IMG/VR virus record: IMGVR_UViG_3300021958_000024
Reading direction: 5' to 3' (one strand)
DNA: 64,000 nucleotides
Source: a virus
Taxonomy: Duplodnaviria; Caudoviricetes
Under the pieces are notes generated by a model that saw only the letters and a program-made list of their open reading frames with translations, ran no database searches and was not told the DNA's origin. The position numbers and the translations under genes are program-made. The stretch's first letter is position 1. Each line of letters starts with the position of its first letter. Positions 37,870 to 46,697 of the stretch are shown here, piece by piece.

Positions 37870-38391
37870 ATGTTTGACATCAAACAAATCAATCTTGAAG
37901 AGTTTTTCGGTTGTGTAGATGCAACTAACACAACGCAGATGAAGTCTAATACCTTCAAGACCTTTCGTACATGGTTGCAAGAGAAATCATTTGCCAAATG
38001 GAGTAATAATCAACTGAAATATGTTGGTGACTATACTGATGGCACAGATTTTACATCAGATGATGGTACTCGATATGAAATGAAAGGTGCTCTCGGTATG
38101 TTCAACAAGAATGGATCTACCAAGAGCATTGTTCTTAAGAACTTTCAATCTGATAATAAAGTAATCGAAAAGACTTTTGATTACATGCTACTGGTTGATA
38201 CTAAGAACATGTCTATTGCATCAGTTGATTGGGAAACTGTAGAGAAGCGTATCTACTACACTCCCAAATCACCAACAGCAAAAGTAAAGTTTATTCCTGG
38301 TGATTTTACTATTCTAGCAACAGATATTAAACCCGCAAGTAAATCTATCAGTGCAGGTGAGATTCTAGATAAGGTTGAGGTGATTCTGTAA
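37870..38391 (+). CDS. PD-(D/E)xK nuclease-like protein
   Basis: WLQEKS helix, GTDF...RYEMKG, FDYMLLVD. Confidence 0.6.
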   Translation: MFDIKQINLEEFFGCVDATNTTQMKSNTFKTFRTWLQEKSFAKWSNNQLKYVGDYTDGTDFTSDDGTRYEMKGALGMFNKNGSTKSIVLKNFQSDNKVIEKTFDYMLLVDTKNMSIASVDWETVEKRIYYTPKSPTAKVKFIPGDFTILATDIKPASKSISAGEILDKVEVIL

Positions 38392-38696
38392 TGGCAACTT
38401 GGGAAGGTGAAGCATGGTTAGGATCTGCATCTGGAAGACAAAAAGTTAGAGTTCAGTCTAACACTTTCCATGGTGCAAAAGAGCAAATCGAGCAAATCTA
38501 TGGATCTACAGATGTTTGGAATCTGAGAGAAGTTCGATCATCCTCAAGTTCTAGTTCTTCTGAAGGTGTTTTTTCACTGTTAGTTGTATTATTTGTCATT
38601 GGTTTGATTGTTCAATTTTGGCATATTGCTATGTGGATAATCTTAGGTCTGCTTATTCTTGGGGTTGTTGGTTATATCTTTGGAGATGATGAATAA
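38391..38696 (+). CDS. Small membrane-anchored protein
   Basis: Soluble N-terminus, Ser linker, two hydrophobic C-terminal segments. Confidence 0.65.
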   Translation: MATWEGEAWLGSASGRQKVRVQSNTFHGAKEQIEQIYGSTDVWNLREVRSSSSSSSSEGVFSLLVVLFVIGLIVQFWHIAMWIILGLLILGVVGYIFGDDE

Positions 38697-38786
38697 TACT
38701 CTGTGACAGTCCTAGAAGCGTCCACAAGGCGCTTCCAACCCACCTTCCTGCCTTATACTATAAGAGTCAACAACACACCTCTGAGC

Positions 38787-38960
38787 ATGTCTGACGCTTA
38801 CCTGGATGAAGTTCAAGTCGAAGAACTGATGGTCGAGGAAATGATATATGATGATTACGCTCCCACAGAGGAAGATTGGGAGTCTAATCCTTTCTTCGAC
38901 GATGATGCCGATCTCGAAGCATTCTCTCTTGAATGTGCATTTGGTCCTGAAGAGTATTGA
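38787..38960 (+). CDS. Very acidic small protein
   Basis: MSDAYLDEVQVEE...AFGPEEY after promoter cassette 38703-38760. Confidence 0.6.
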   Translation: MSDAYLDEVQVEELMVEEMIYDDYAPTEEDWESNPFFDDDADLEAFSLECAFGPEEY

Positions 38961-38962
38961 TT

Positions 38963-39130
38963 ATGCTTTCAGCATTAAACAAACCACGCTCACCATCATT
39001 TTATCACGGACTAATGTTTAAGATCGCAATCACTGTCGGTCTTTTATATTTTTTTTGGGAACCACTGCGTCCCGTTCGCCATGTGACAGCAGACGCACTG
39101 TCCTTCACTGCCGAACAGATCCGCCGATAG
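38963..39130 (+). CDS. Small membrane peptide (not in ORF track)
   Basis: 55 aa, ...MFKIAITVGLLYFFWEPLRPVRHVTADALSFTAEQIRR*. Confidence 0.5.
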   Translation: MLSALNKPRSPSFYHGLMFKIAITVGLLYFFWEPLRPVRHVTADALSFTAEQIRR

Positions 39131-39169
39131 GGTCTAAACTTACTTCAGTTCACACAACCACACCGAACA

Positions 39170-39346
39170 ATGACCAAGCAACAGTCCCTCCAGTCTGCTC
39201 GCAACGTGATCACTGACAAGCAGGATGCTAACCGCGAAGAACTGAAACGTGCTGCACTTGCAGCAGGTCGTGGTGCTCAAGCAGTCAGCAAAGCAAGCAC
39301 TCTGCGCCTTGCTTTCTGGATTTCTTTTGGTGCTTCTGCTATCTGA
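39170..39346 (+). CDS. Small hypothetical protein (not in ORF track)
   Basis: MTKQQSLQSARNVITDK...ASAI*, 58 aa, followed by agggca-tt-tgccct hairpin. Confidence 0.55.
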   Translation: MTKQQSLQSARNVITDKQDANREELKRAALAAGRGAQAVSKASTLRLAFWISFGASAI

Positions 39347-39392
39347 GTAGGGCATTTGCCCTCTAGTTTCATTCACTTTATTCTTGCAAATC

Positions 39393-39806
39393 ATGGGAAC
39401 TCGCTCACGAATCGGTATCGAACTCTCTGACCAATCCATTCTTTCTGTCTATCATCACTGGAATGGTTATCCTGAATGGTTGGGTCGTATTCTAGAGACA
39501 CACTACAACACCAGAGAACTGGTGGAAGAGTTGATTGATGGTGGTGATATGTCTATCTGTTGGACTGATAAAGTGTGGGGACAACCTCGCACTGATGGAC
39601 AGAAGTATGGTCCTGAGACTTATGCTGCCCGTGGTGAACATTGCCCTCCTCGTTTGGATAAAGATATGGAAGAGTTCTTCTCTATGGGTGAAGAATACTC
39701 TTACATCTTCCGTGATGGTAACTGGTTTGCCTATGATATGCACCAGTTTGATGACACTTTAGCACCAGAACCTGTTGAAATCCCTAGTGGAGCGTTGATG
39801 GTATGA
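39393..39806 (+). CDS. Hypothetical phage protein
   Basis: MGTRSRIG...SVYHHWNGYPEWLG...LIDGGDMS. Confidence 0.7.
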   Translation: MGTRSRIGIELSDQSILSVYHHWNGYPEWLGRILETHYNTRELVEELIDGGDMSICWTDKVWGQPRTDGQKYGPETYAARGEHCPPRLDKDMEEFFSMGEEYSYIFRDGNWFAYDMHQFDDTLAPEPVEIPSGALMV

Positions 39807-40081
39807 TTATCACCAAAGATCAACTGCAAGTAAAGCGTAGTGAGTGGGAGTGCTATATTGACACTCCCGATTCTGTCATTGAAAGTATCAACAATGAATT
39901 TCTTGAGATTCTGAACACGACAAACAGTCCAGTGCTTGCTCAGAAGCGGATTTATCGGTTTTTATATAATAATCATCGAAAGTGGGGATTTAGTGATTCT
40001 GAATGTAACGAAACTGCCACAAATGTGATCAATCAATACTATAATAGTAATATAAATCGTTGGGCATCTTTAATCCTATGA
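39803..40081 (+). CDS. Hypothetical protein
   Basis: 92 aa, ATGA coupling. Confidence 0.55.
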   Translation: MIITKDQLQVKRSEWECYIDTPDSVIESINNEFLEILNTTNSPVLAQKRIYRFLYNNHRKWGFSDSECNETATNVINQYYNSNINRWASLIL

Positions 40082-40290
40082 TTGACCGTACATTTTTAGA
40101 CAACATGACCCACGATCAGAAAGAATGTCTAGCAGAAGACTGTGAAGACTATCTTGTTCATCGTCACATTCCTCTGCATTCTCACTCTTACGATAACATT
40201 ATCATGCAGGCGATTAAGGAAGGTTATCAACTATCAAAAAATAATAGGACACTTCCCAAACCGCCCACTATTCATCCATATTTCCCCTGA
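40078..40290 (+). CDS. Hypothetical protein
   Basis: MIDRTFLDNMT..., ATGA coupling. Confidence 0.55.
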   Translation: MIDRTFLDNMTHDQKECLAEDCEDYLVHRHIPLHSHSYDNIIMQAIKEGYQLSKNNRTLPKPPTIHPYFP

Positions 40291-40328
40291 TTTCTGCAAT
40301 ACTATAGGAGTCGTCGGGATTTCACCCC

Positions 40329-40607
40329 ATGCTCACTGTTAATCTCACTGAAGATCAACTCTCGCTCCTGGAAGAACTTGTGGGTGAGAAGTTTAATGAA
40401 GTCGCACAAGCATGGTTGCCTGCTGAAGAAACAAAGGACATGAACAAACTTTGTTATGATACTATTTTGAACCTCCGTTGTGTTCGTATGTCCAAAGAGT
40501 ATGATGAAAACAAGTGTCTTAAGGGTGGACTTTTTTCTAAGAAAGAGTATCTGGTGGATGTGGGTCTTGTGACGGATGAAGAACTTGCACAGCAGGGCAT
40601 CTGCTGA
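40329..40607 (+). CDS. Hypothetical protein
   Basis: 92 aa after a TACTAT -10 box. Confidence 0.55.
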   Translation: MLTVNLTEDQLSLLEELVGEKFNEVAQAWLPAEETKDMNKLCYDTILNLRCVRMSKEYDENKCLKGGLFSKKEYLVDVGLVTDEELAQQGIC

Positions 40608-40655
40608 TCGCATTTCTACCCTATACTGATTACATCAACACAGGAGACATCTCCA

Positions 40656-41099
40656 ATGATCACCGAAACCTTCTCCGAATACGTTGCTCAGCAAGATGCT
40701 CGTAACACTATTCAACTGAATGTCACCAAGCATTGTCTGATGCTGTGTGATGCTCTGCGCCAGAACTACATTGATTACAGCATCAAATCTCATCAACGTA
40801 ATGTAGAGCGTGGTGATAGCGTTGATTATCACAATGCCTGCATTACCGACCTGAAGAATGGTGAGTGTGATTACGAGTTCACTGTTGAGAGTGGACGTAA
40901 GTATCACAAAATCATGATGAGTGCCAATGGTTCTCGATCTGTTCATGCCTTCGTTGATAAGAAGACTGGTGAAGTGTATAAACCTGCCAGCATTAAGTCT
41001 CCTGCCAAAGGTATTCGTTTCGATCTGCGATTGATTAAAGATCGTGAGTGGTTGCTGGAGAATGCTGACTGGGCAGGTTCTTATCTCTACATTCGATGA
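40656..41099 (+). CDS. Conserved-type early phage protein
   Basis: GRKYHKI...SVHAFVDKKTGEVYKPAS..SPAKG.RF; AGGAG RBS. Confidence 0.75.
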   Translation: MITETFSEYVAQQDARNTIQLNVTKHCLMLCDALRQNYIDYSIKSHQRNVERGDSVDYHNACITDLKNGECDYEFTVESGRKYHKIMMSANGSRSVHAFVDKKTGEVYKPASIKSPAKGIRFDLRLIKDREWLLENADWAGSYLYIR

Positions 41100-41375
41100 T
41101 ATACTTTCTCATCATAAGTGCTGGCGTTGCGTGGGCAATGCTAGCACTATTCTCTCCATGGTTTAATCATCTTGATAAGAAAAAATGACTGAAATGGATC
41201 TGAAAATCAGTGACCTCGCAGAAGAGTTTGAGGTCACTTGTGATTATATCATTGATGAGTTTATCATTGATGATAAGTTGCAACCTTGCACAATGTTTTT
41301 CGTCATTATTGACGACAATCCAATAATCATTAATTTTAACTAATACTAACCAACCCTTCACTATCTAACAACATC

Positions 41376-41630
41376 ATGGCAAATCAGTTCTATTCACTCA
41401 AAGCACTGCAATCACGGGTGCAAAGTCTCATCGAAGAGCAAGGTGAAGATGCACCTTGTGCGGGTTGGATTTACACTAGCGAAGATGTTGTAAAGTATGA
41501 TGATAATGGAGATGAAGTACAACAACCCAAAGAAGTTTGTGAGAATGTGTTAATCAACTTGCAAGACTACGATTTCATCTATCAGGCAATTGTGGATGCT
41601 ATTGATACAGAACTCGGTGAGGTTAAGTAA
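41376..41630 (+). CDS. Hypothetical protein
   Basis: LIEEQGEDAPCAGWIYT. Confidence 0.6.
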   Translation: MANQFYSLKALQSRVQSLIEEQGEDAPCAGWIYTSEDVVKYDDNGDEVQQPKEVCENVLINLQDYDFIYQAIVDAIDTELGEVK

Positions 41631-41755
41631 CACTAACTGTGGTGTCACTAAATGATACTCAGGTCAGATGCCTCCCAATCGGTAAAGTGTCACAAGGTTT
41701 CGGCACGAACCTCAAAATCGTGTATTATTAAAGAGTCAAAGAAACGAGTTCGATT

Positions 41756-41938
41756 TTGGTTTACACAGTTCACTGCCCTGAGTTTAATGAAACTGAGAAT
41801 TGTGCTTCTCAGGAACATGCTATCGATGTGGCATATTCAATGTACGAAGAATTTAATTCTATTGTCTGGGTTGAAGATTACCTAGGTCATACAGTGATAG
41901 AATTAGGTGATCATATGGGAACTTACTCACCTAAGTAA
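41756..41938 (+). CDS. Hypothetical protein
   Basis: 60 aa after promoter cassette 41669-41730. Confidence 0.5.
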   Translation: MVYTVHCPEFNETENCASQEHAIDVAYSMYEEFNSIVWVEDYLGHTVIELGDHMGTYSPK

Positions 41939-42031
41939 CATTATTTCAAAGTGTTACAGGTCGGGCAATCTTCCACGGTTGCCCGTTCCTATCCTGTAGA
42001 ATAACAAAGTCAAACCAGCACACCTGAACCG

Positions 42032-42325
42032 ATGACTGACTCTACGATGATCCTTGAACCATTGGCGAGTGACCTTTACCCCATTCCGGATGCTGCCGGA
42101 ACCGTATCCTGGCAGCAAGCATTAATGTTTGCATTCTATTACGGTAATCAGTGTTCGGAAATTGTCGTTTCTTTCACTAAAGAATACGATGTTAATAGGT
42201 TCGAAAGAATCGATTTGGGAGAATTAAATGTCTGGATTAATAACATCGAGGAAGAAATGATTGAACAGTTAATGTTACCCCAAAGACGGGGTATTATGCC
42301 TGCCCTGAGCGGGTGGATTTATTAA
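42032..42325 (+). CDS. Hypothetical protein
   Basis: 97 aa after a TAGAAT -10 box. Confidence 0.5.
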   Translation: MTDSTMILEPLASDLYPIPDAAGTVSWQQALMFAFYYGNQCSEIVVSFTKEYDVNRFERIDLGELNVWINNIEEEMIEQLMLPQRRGIMPALSGWIY

Positions 42326-42404
42326 GTTACACATAGATTGATTGGGCATTGATTTTATCATGTAAGTCCCACACATTGACCATTAAACCATTGCATTTTT
42401 GATT

Positions 42405-42569
42405 ATGTTTTCTCGTGAAGTAATGCTGGGCATGATTCGTCAGTGCAAGACTGGTGATCAAATGTTGGAAACGATTGATTCTATTCTGAATGCTGAATCG
42501 AGTCAAGAAGATGACAACTATGATCCTCTAGAAGATTTCAACTACGTTGGTGCTCGTTGCCATTATTGA
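42405..42569 (+). CDS. Small hypothetical protein (not in ORF track)
   Basis: MFSREVMLGMIRQCKTG...DFNYVGARCHY*, 54 aa. Confidence 0.55.
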   Translation: MFSREVMLGMIRQCKTGDQMLETIDSILNAESSQEDDNYDPLEDFNYVGARCHY

Positions 42570-42733
42570 TCCGATGAGAATCGCACTTTTAGTATTGTTT
42601 ACAGTGATAGGTGCTAATCTCATCAATCACACTGTAGAAACGGCGACTCGATTACAGATTCAACAGGTACAGCGATTGCATCACCAAATATGATGCAAAC
42701 TAGTTTCAAAAGTACAATCAAGTGAACAATCCA

Positions 42734-42949
42734 ATGTCTGAAACTGTGATGAACATCAACGAGCAGATTAGCACTGCATTTGCTAATCTTTCTGAACTAA
42801 GTGGGATGCACTATGATTATTGGATCTCACGATTGTATGATGTAGATGGAGACATGGTTGAAGATGAGTGGTCCAATGTAACACTAACTGAAATGCAGTT
42901 AGATGTTGATGAACTGAGTAAAGATCTCATGGAAACAGTTACAAACTAA
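42734..42949 (+). CDS. Acidic hypothetical protein
   Basis: ORF after a TACAAT -10 box. Confidence 0.5.
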   Translation: MSETVMNINEQISTAFANLSELSGMHYDYWISRLYDVDGDMVEDEWSNVTLTEMQLDVDELSKDLMETVTN

Positions 42950-43039
42950 GGTATAGGTGGACGGTTGAGAAATCGTCCACTTTTGCTTGATCTGGGCAGC
43001 GATCTATGGGATTCTATAGGAGTCAAAGGGAACACCCCA

Positions 43040-43243
43040 ATGCACATCTTCACCAACGCCTCAAAGATCGGAACCCTGATTCCTCGCACTGGTTTATCCT
43101 ATTGCGAGGATGATAACACTTACACAGAATATACTTTTGAGGTTAATGCTTGGGCATGTTCTCTCGATGATCGTCCTTTTTGGACATACCCCAAGAAAGA
43201 ATCTCAGGTTGATTTGTTCACTGAAATGTTTGGAGAATCATGA
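43040..43243 (+). CDS. Hypothetical protein
   Basis: MHIFTNASKIG...; after cassette 42957-43035. Confidence 0.55.
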   Translation: MHIFTNASKIGTLIPRTGLSYCEDDNTYTEYTFEVNAWACSLDDRPFWTYPKKESQVDLFTEMFGES

Positions 43244-43425
43244 CAGCATTTGTAACACCTAAGAGCAAGAAAGCACGCAACCGATTCTGTAACTTAATGA
43301 GACAAGAATCGGAGTGTGTGATTGAACAAAACAAAGGTGATCGTGTGTTTTTACGTTCACTCAATGGCAAGAACTTTTTCTGGGTTAATCTACATCATGA
43401 TAAGGATTGGAACCTGGAAATGTAA
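43240..43425 (+). CDS. Small hypothetical protein (paralogue-like to 27636-27830)
   Basis: FVTPKSKKARNRFCN...FLRSLNG..FFWV. Confidence 0.65.
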   Translation: MTAFVTPKSKKARNRFCNLMRQESECVIEQNKGDRVFLRSLNGKNFFWVNLHHDKDWNLEM

Positions 43426-43511
43426 CGATGTGCCAGTTGGACAACCTACACACAAAATAGGCACAGCACCCCGATCTCCTGTAATTTAGAAGAGTCAAAG
43501 GAACGCAACTC

Positions 43512-43748
43512 ATGGCAACTCCAATCTTTAACCTCTCTCCTGAAATGCAAGCAACCTGGGATGACATCATGGGGCAAATGTGCGTCTTCGTCGATGATAC
43601 AAATGCCGATGTCGATATGGCATACGATTGGGTATGTGAAATGCTGGAAATCGATTCCTTCATTGATAACAAGGAAGCATGGGATTCTTTCTACGATGTC
43701 TGGACATCATGTGACAATCGCAATGAACTGAACATTCCCTTTCTCTGA
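43512..43748 (+). CDS. Acidic hypothetical protein
   Basis: 78 aa after cassette 43430-43505. Confidence 0.6.
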   Translation: MATPIFNLSPEMQATWDDIMGQMCVFVDDTNADVDMAYDWVCEMLEIDSFIDNKEAWDSFYDVWTSCDNRNELNIPFL

Positions 43749-43784
43749 ATCATCAAACGTTCAACCTAATCTAACATCAAAACC

Positions 43785-43982
43785 ATGAATCGCTACTGCA
43801 TCGAACTTGATCGAATCGAACCCAATGGTGATGTTCATACCATTGTTGAGTATCGTCAACTGAAAGCAACAAAATCTAATCGTGGTCGTGATCGTCAAAT
43901 GAACAATCTAGTTAATCAAATCATTGAGGAACTAAAGTATTATCAAGTTCCCCATAAGCGTTTCACTGTGCGCCACGTTTGA
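43785..43982 (+). CDS. Hypothetical protein
   Basis: 65 aa ORF. Confidence 0.55.
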   Translation: MNRYCIELDRIEPNGDVHTIVEYRQLKATKSNRGRDRQMNNLVNQIIEELKYYQVPHKRFTVRHV

Positions 43983-43986
43983 CCTC

Positions 43987-44244
43987 ATGACTTTTCCTTA
44001 CATTAACATCGACAATAGCACTCTTGGCAATCACACTTCTACCTTTTTCAAGGTAAGTGCTGATGCTCAAGAATCATGGATTAACGGTATCTTCCATAAC
44101 TCAAGGTATGGAATCTTCTGTCTTGCTGATGGTAAACTAGAGTTAATCTCCAAAGGATTAAATACTGCTAAGTTTCGCAAGTGTAAATGTAGTGACCAAG
44201 AGACTGCATTCAATAAGATTAAACAATGGATGGAAAAGTTTTGA
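43987..44244 (+). CDS. Hypothetical phage protein
   Basis: STLG...WINGIFHNSRY...KFRK; followed by a terminator. Confidence 0.65.
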   Translation: MTFPYINIDNSTLGNHTSTFFKVSADAQESWINGIFHNSRYGIFCLADGKLELISKGLNTAKFRKCKCSDQETAFNKIKQWMEKF

Positions 44245-44260
44245 TCTAAAATAACACTTA

Positions 44261-44287
44261 AGAGAGGATAAAACCTCTCTTTTTTTA
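44261..44287 (+). terminator. Rho-independent terminator
   Basis: agagagg-ataaaa-cctctct followed by a T-run. Confidence 0.75.
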
Positions 44288-44325
44288 TATTAAATGTATT
44301 AAAAAATATAGTTAAGTGTTTTATC

Positions 44326-44369
44326 TTTTCCACAATAGGTGTGGAAAACCCTGTGTATTGTGTGGAAAA
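44326..44369. promoter_or_regulatory. Three DnaA-box-like 9-mers (TTTTCCACA)
   Basis: TTTTCCACA at 44326-44334; TGTGGAAAA at 44340-44348 and 44361-44369. Confidence 0.6.
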
Positions 44370-44387
44370 CTTATGATTTATTGTCTC

Positions 44388-44703
44388 ATTTAATGTACTC
44401 ATAAGATGGTGAAATAACTGATTTAATGTACTCATAAGATGGTGAAATAACTGATTTAATGTACTCAGGTCTTGTTAAATGTACTTAAGATCTCATTAAA
44501 TGCCTCATTAAATGCCTCATTAAATATCTCATTAAATGTACTCAGGTCTTGTTAAATGCTTCATTAAATGCTTCATTAAATATCTCATTAAATATCTCAT
44601 TAAATGTACTCAGGTCTTGTTAAATGCCTCATTAAATGTACTCAGGTCTTGTTAAATGTACTCAGGTCTTGTTAAATGCCTCATTAAATGTACTCAGGTC
44701 TTG
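44388..44703. repeat. Composite non-coding tandem repeat array
   Basis: 33-mer x2, six copies of AATGTACTCAGGTCTTG, interspersed 12-mers tcattaaat(gcc/gct/atc). Confidence 0.9.
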
Positions 44704-44818
44704 TGATCTTAGACCGCTCACTATCATAAAACCTCCGAAATGTCAAGCGGGTAGCATCAGGGTTTGCCAACATTCTCACAAAATCTCATAATCGTTCCGC
44801 ATAAATACTGAGCAACAC

Positions 44819-44847
44819 TTGACATTCAAACCATAAGATCTTACACT
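44819..44847 (+). promoter_or_regulatory. Sigma70-type early promoter
   Basis: TTGACA-17 nt-TACACT. Confidence 0.7.
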
Positions 44848-44878
44848 GTAACAGTCAATCAACCGCAGAGAGTTTCTC

Positions 44879-45043
44879 ATGGTCTCCTATCTTAAGGCAC
44901 AAAAGCGTCGGATACGCATTACTTTAGACATGGAAGTTATGGAGGATTTCGATCCTCGTCAGATTGATTATGAGAAGATTTTTAACCTCGAACCGACAGA
45001 AAAGGTTGAGGTTTATGTAGAAGATATGAATATTGACTGGTAA
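44879..45043 (+). CDS. Small hypothetical protein (not in ORF track)
   Basis: MVSYLKAQKRRIRITLDMEVMEDFDPRQIDYEKIF...DW*, 54 aa. Confidence 0.6.
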   Translation: MVSYLKAQKRRIRITLDMEVMEDFDPRQIDYEKIFNLEPTEKVEVYVEDMNIDW

Positions 45044-45129
45044 AATATCAATTAGCAAAACAGTATCAACCGCTACAGAACGGTGAGGCGAAATGTGGGA
45101 TTCTATAAGGGTCGAAGGGAACACACCCC

Positions 45130-45324
45130 ATGCAACTTGAGATTCACGGATGGCAGATCGAAACCCTGAAGCAGGCACTCAAGGAGTCTGATTCCCTTTG
45201 GGAGGATCGGATCCAACAGGCAGAACGTGGTGAGCGTTCCAACCTGAGCGTCGATGGCGCTCGAATGATGCAAGATGACCTGCGTGCCATCTTGGCACAG
45301 ATCAAGTGGCAGTCAGGTTCCTGA
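45130..45324 (+). CDS. Hypothetical protein
   Basis: 64 aa after a gtcgaagggaac leader. Confidence 0.55.
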   Translation: MQLEIHGWQIETLKQALKESDSLWEDRIQQAERGERSNLSVDGARMMQDDLRAILAQIKWQSGS

Positions 45325-45392
45325 ACTGTCACATAGGGTCTTTACAAGACCCCCATTATCTGCAATACTTAAAGAGTCAAAGGAACAAACAC

Positions 45393-45638
45393 ATGAGCAC
45401 CCTCTGCACTCAAGAGTTCGCCACCCCCGAGCATTTCGCACGTTGGGAAGCACATGCTAAAACCTGCGACATGTACACTCTAAAATATGTTATTAAGGAC
45501 TGCTATTCTGCCGCCGAAAATATGAAAGGGTGGAACCCAATTCGTGAGGGTTTCTATCTAGATCAGGCAGCAACGTATGGCATGGAGTTTACACGTAAGA
45601 ATCGGGAATTGCCTGCAGGTTTGTGTCATCGAATCTGA
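45393..45638 (+). CDS. Hypothetical protein
   Basis: MSTLCTQEFATPEHF...; after cassette 45325-45390. Confidence 0.6.
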   Translation: MSTLCTQEFATPEHFARWEAHAKTCDMYTLKYVIKDCYSAAENMKGWNPIREGFYLDQAATYGMEFTRKNRELPAGLCHRI

Positions 45639-45752
45639 GGTGTGACAATCACCAAACCGTCCACAACCGCTTGATCTCCTCCCTAAAACGACCTACTATA
45701 GGTTCATCGGGGGGAGGAAACAACCCCCGCACACATTACGTCACTTCTCACA

Positions 45753-46100
45753 ATGCGTAAGATCGAATCTCTGATGATTGCCGCCATTTCCAACAACGAG
45801 AACTGGCAGTCTGCTAACACCGCTGTAACCTACTGTGAGGAAACTGGCGAGTCTAAGGTTTACCTCCATGGCAATCACATTGCCACTGTGGGTGAAGATT
45901 TCGTGCAAATCTTCGATGGTGGGTATCAGTCAAAGACCACTAAGTCTAGACTGAATGCTATTCTCTCTGAGCACGCAATCGAGGGTGAGTATGTATTTCA
46001 ACGCAACTTTAAGTGGTTCGTTCATAAGTTCATCGGACAGGCAGGAACTTCTAAGGTTTATAACACCTTCGAGTTTAACGGTGAGTTTATGTTCGCCTGA
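45753..46100 (+). CDS. Early phage protein
   Basis: MRKIE...VYLHGNHIA...TTKSRLNA..VFQRNFKWF. Confidence 0.7.
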   Translation: MRKIESLMIAAISNNENWQSANTAVTYCEETGESKVYLHGNHIATVGEDFVQIFDGGYQSKTTKSRLNAILSEHAIEGEYVFQRNFKWFVHKFIGQAGTSKVYNTFEFNGEFMFA

Positions 46101-46166
46101 TAACTAATGAGAATGGGATGCGCTCTAAAGACACCCAAACCGTACACTTTGATTTCTTATTTCACA

Positions 46167-46388
46167 ATGAACTTCGCTATCTCCAACAGCACCGCAATCG
46201 AGAACATCGCTCTGGAAGATAACACCGCCACCCTCACTTTTACTGGCGGTCGTGCTTATGATTACACCGTGTCCGATGTTGCCAACTTCGTAACTTCGCT
46301 CTCTAATGTAATCGAACAGGGTCAAAGTGTTGGCAAGTTCGTCAACATCGCGATCAAGAATGAGACCCTGCAGCGTATCGCTGCCTGA
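46167..46388 (+). CDS. KTSC-like small protein
   Basis: STAIENI......LTFTGGRAYDY...SVGKFVN. Confidence 0.55.
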   Translation: MNFAISNSTAIENIALEDNTATLTFTGGRAYDYTVSDVANFVTSLSNVIEQGQSVGKFVNIAIKNETLQRIAA

Positions 46389-46396
46389 GTGTAATC

Positions 46397-46438
46397 GTGG
46401 GGGCATTCGTTATACACAGTGCCCCCACTTATTCTTTA
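46397..46438 (+). terminator. Hairpin terminator
   Basis: gtgggggca...tgcccccac followed by ttattcttt. Confidence 0.6.
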
Positions 46439-46454
46439 CACACACTCCTAAATC

Positions 46455-46535
46455 TTATTCGTTATTCTTTATTCGTGCAATCGCAGTTTATTCGTTATTC
46501 GTAACAGCAGCGATTACGATTTATTCGTTATTCGT
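46455..46535. repeat. TTATTCG heptamer cluster
   Basis: Six exact TTATTCG copies (46455, 46469, 46488, 46495, 46521, 46528) plus TTATTCT variants. Confidence 0.8.
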
Positions 46536-46697
46536 ATTAACAGTAAATGCGATTTGCGGGTTATTATAATAAGCGGGCGTACCGTATAAAAACGCTTAAC
46601 TACCCTAACCTACAGAGGTGACAAAGCGCGAGAGTGATATAAGACTCTCAAAAAAAATCCGAGGGGTATAAGAGTAGTCTAAGAGGTTTTATCAGAG

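Noticed and set aside
44388-44703. CRISPR array
   Set aside because: The intervals between repeats are themselves repeats, there are no unique spacers, and no cas genes are present.
46327-46569. 80-aa ORF over the TTATTCG cluster
   Set aside because: It crosses a terminator, and its YSLF repeats simply translate the DNA repeat.
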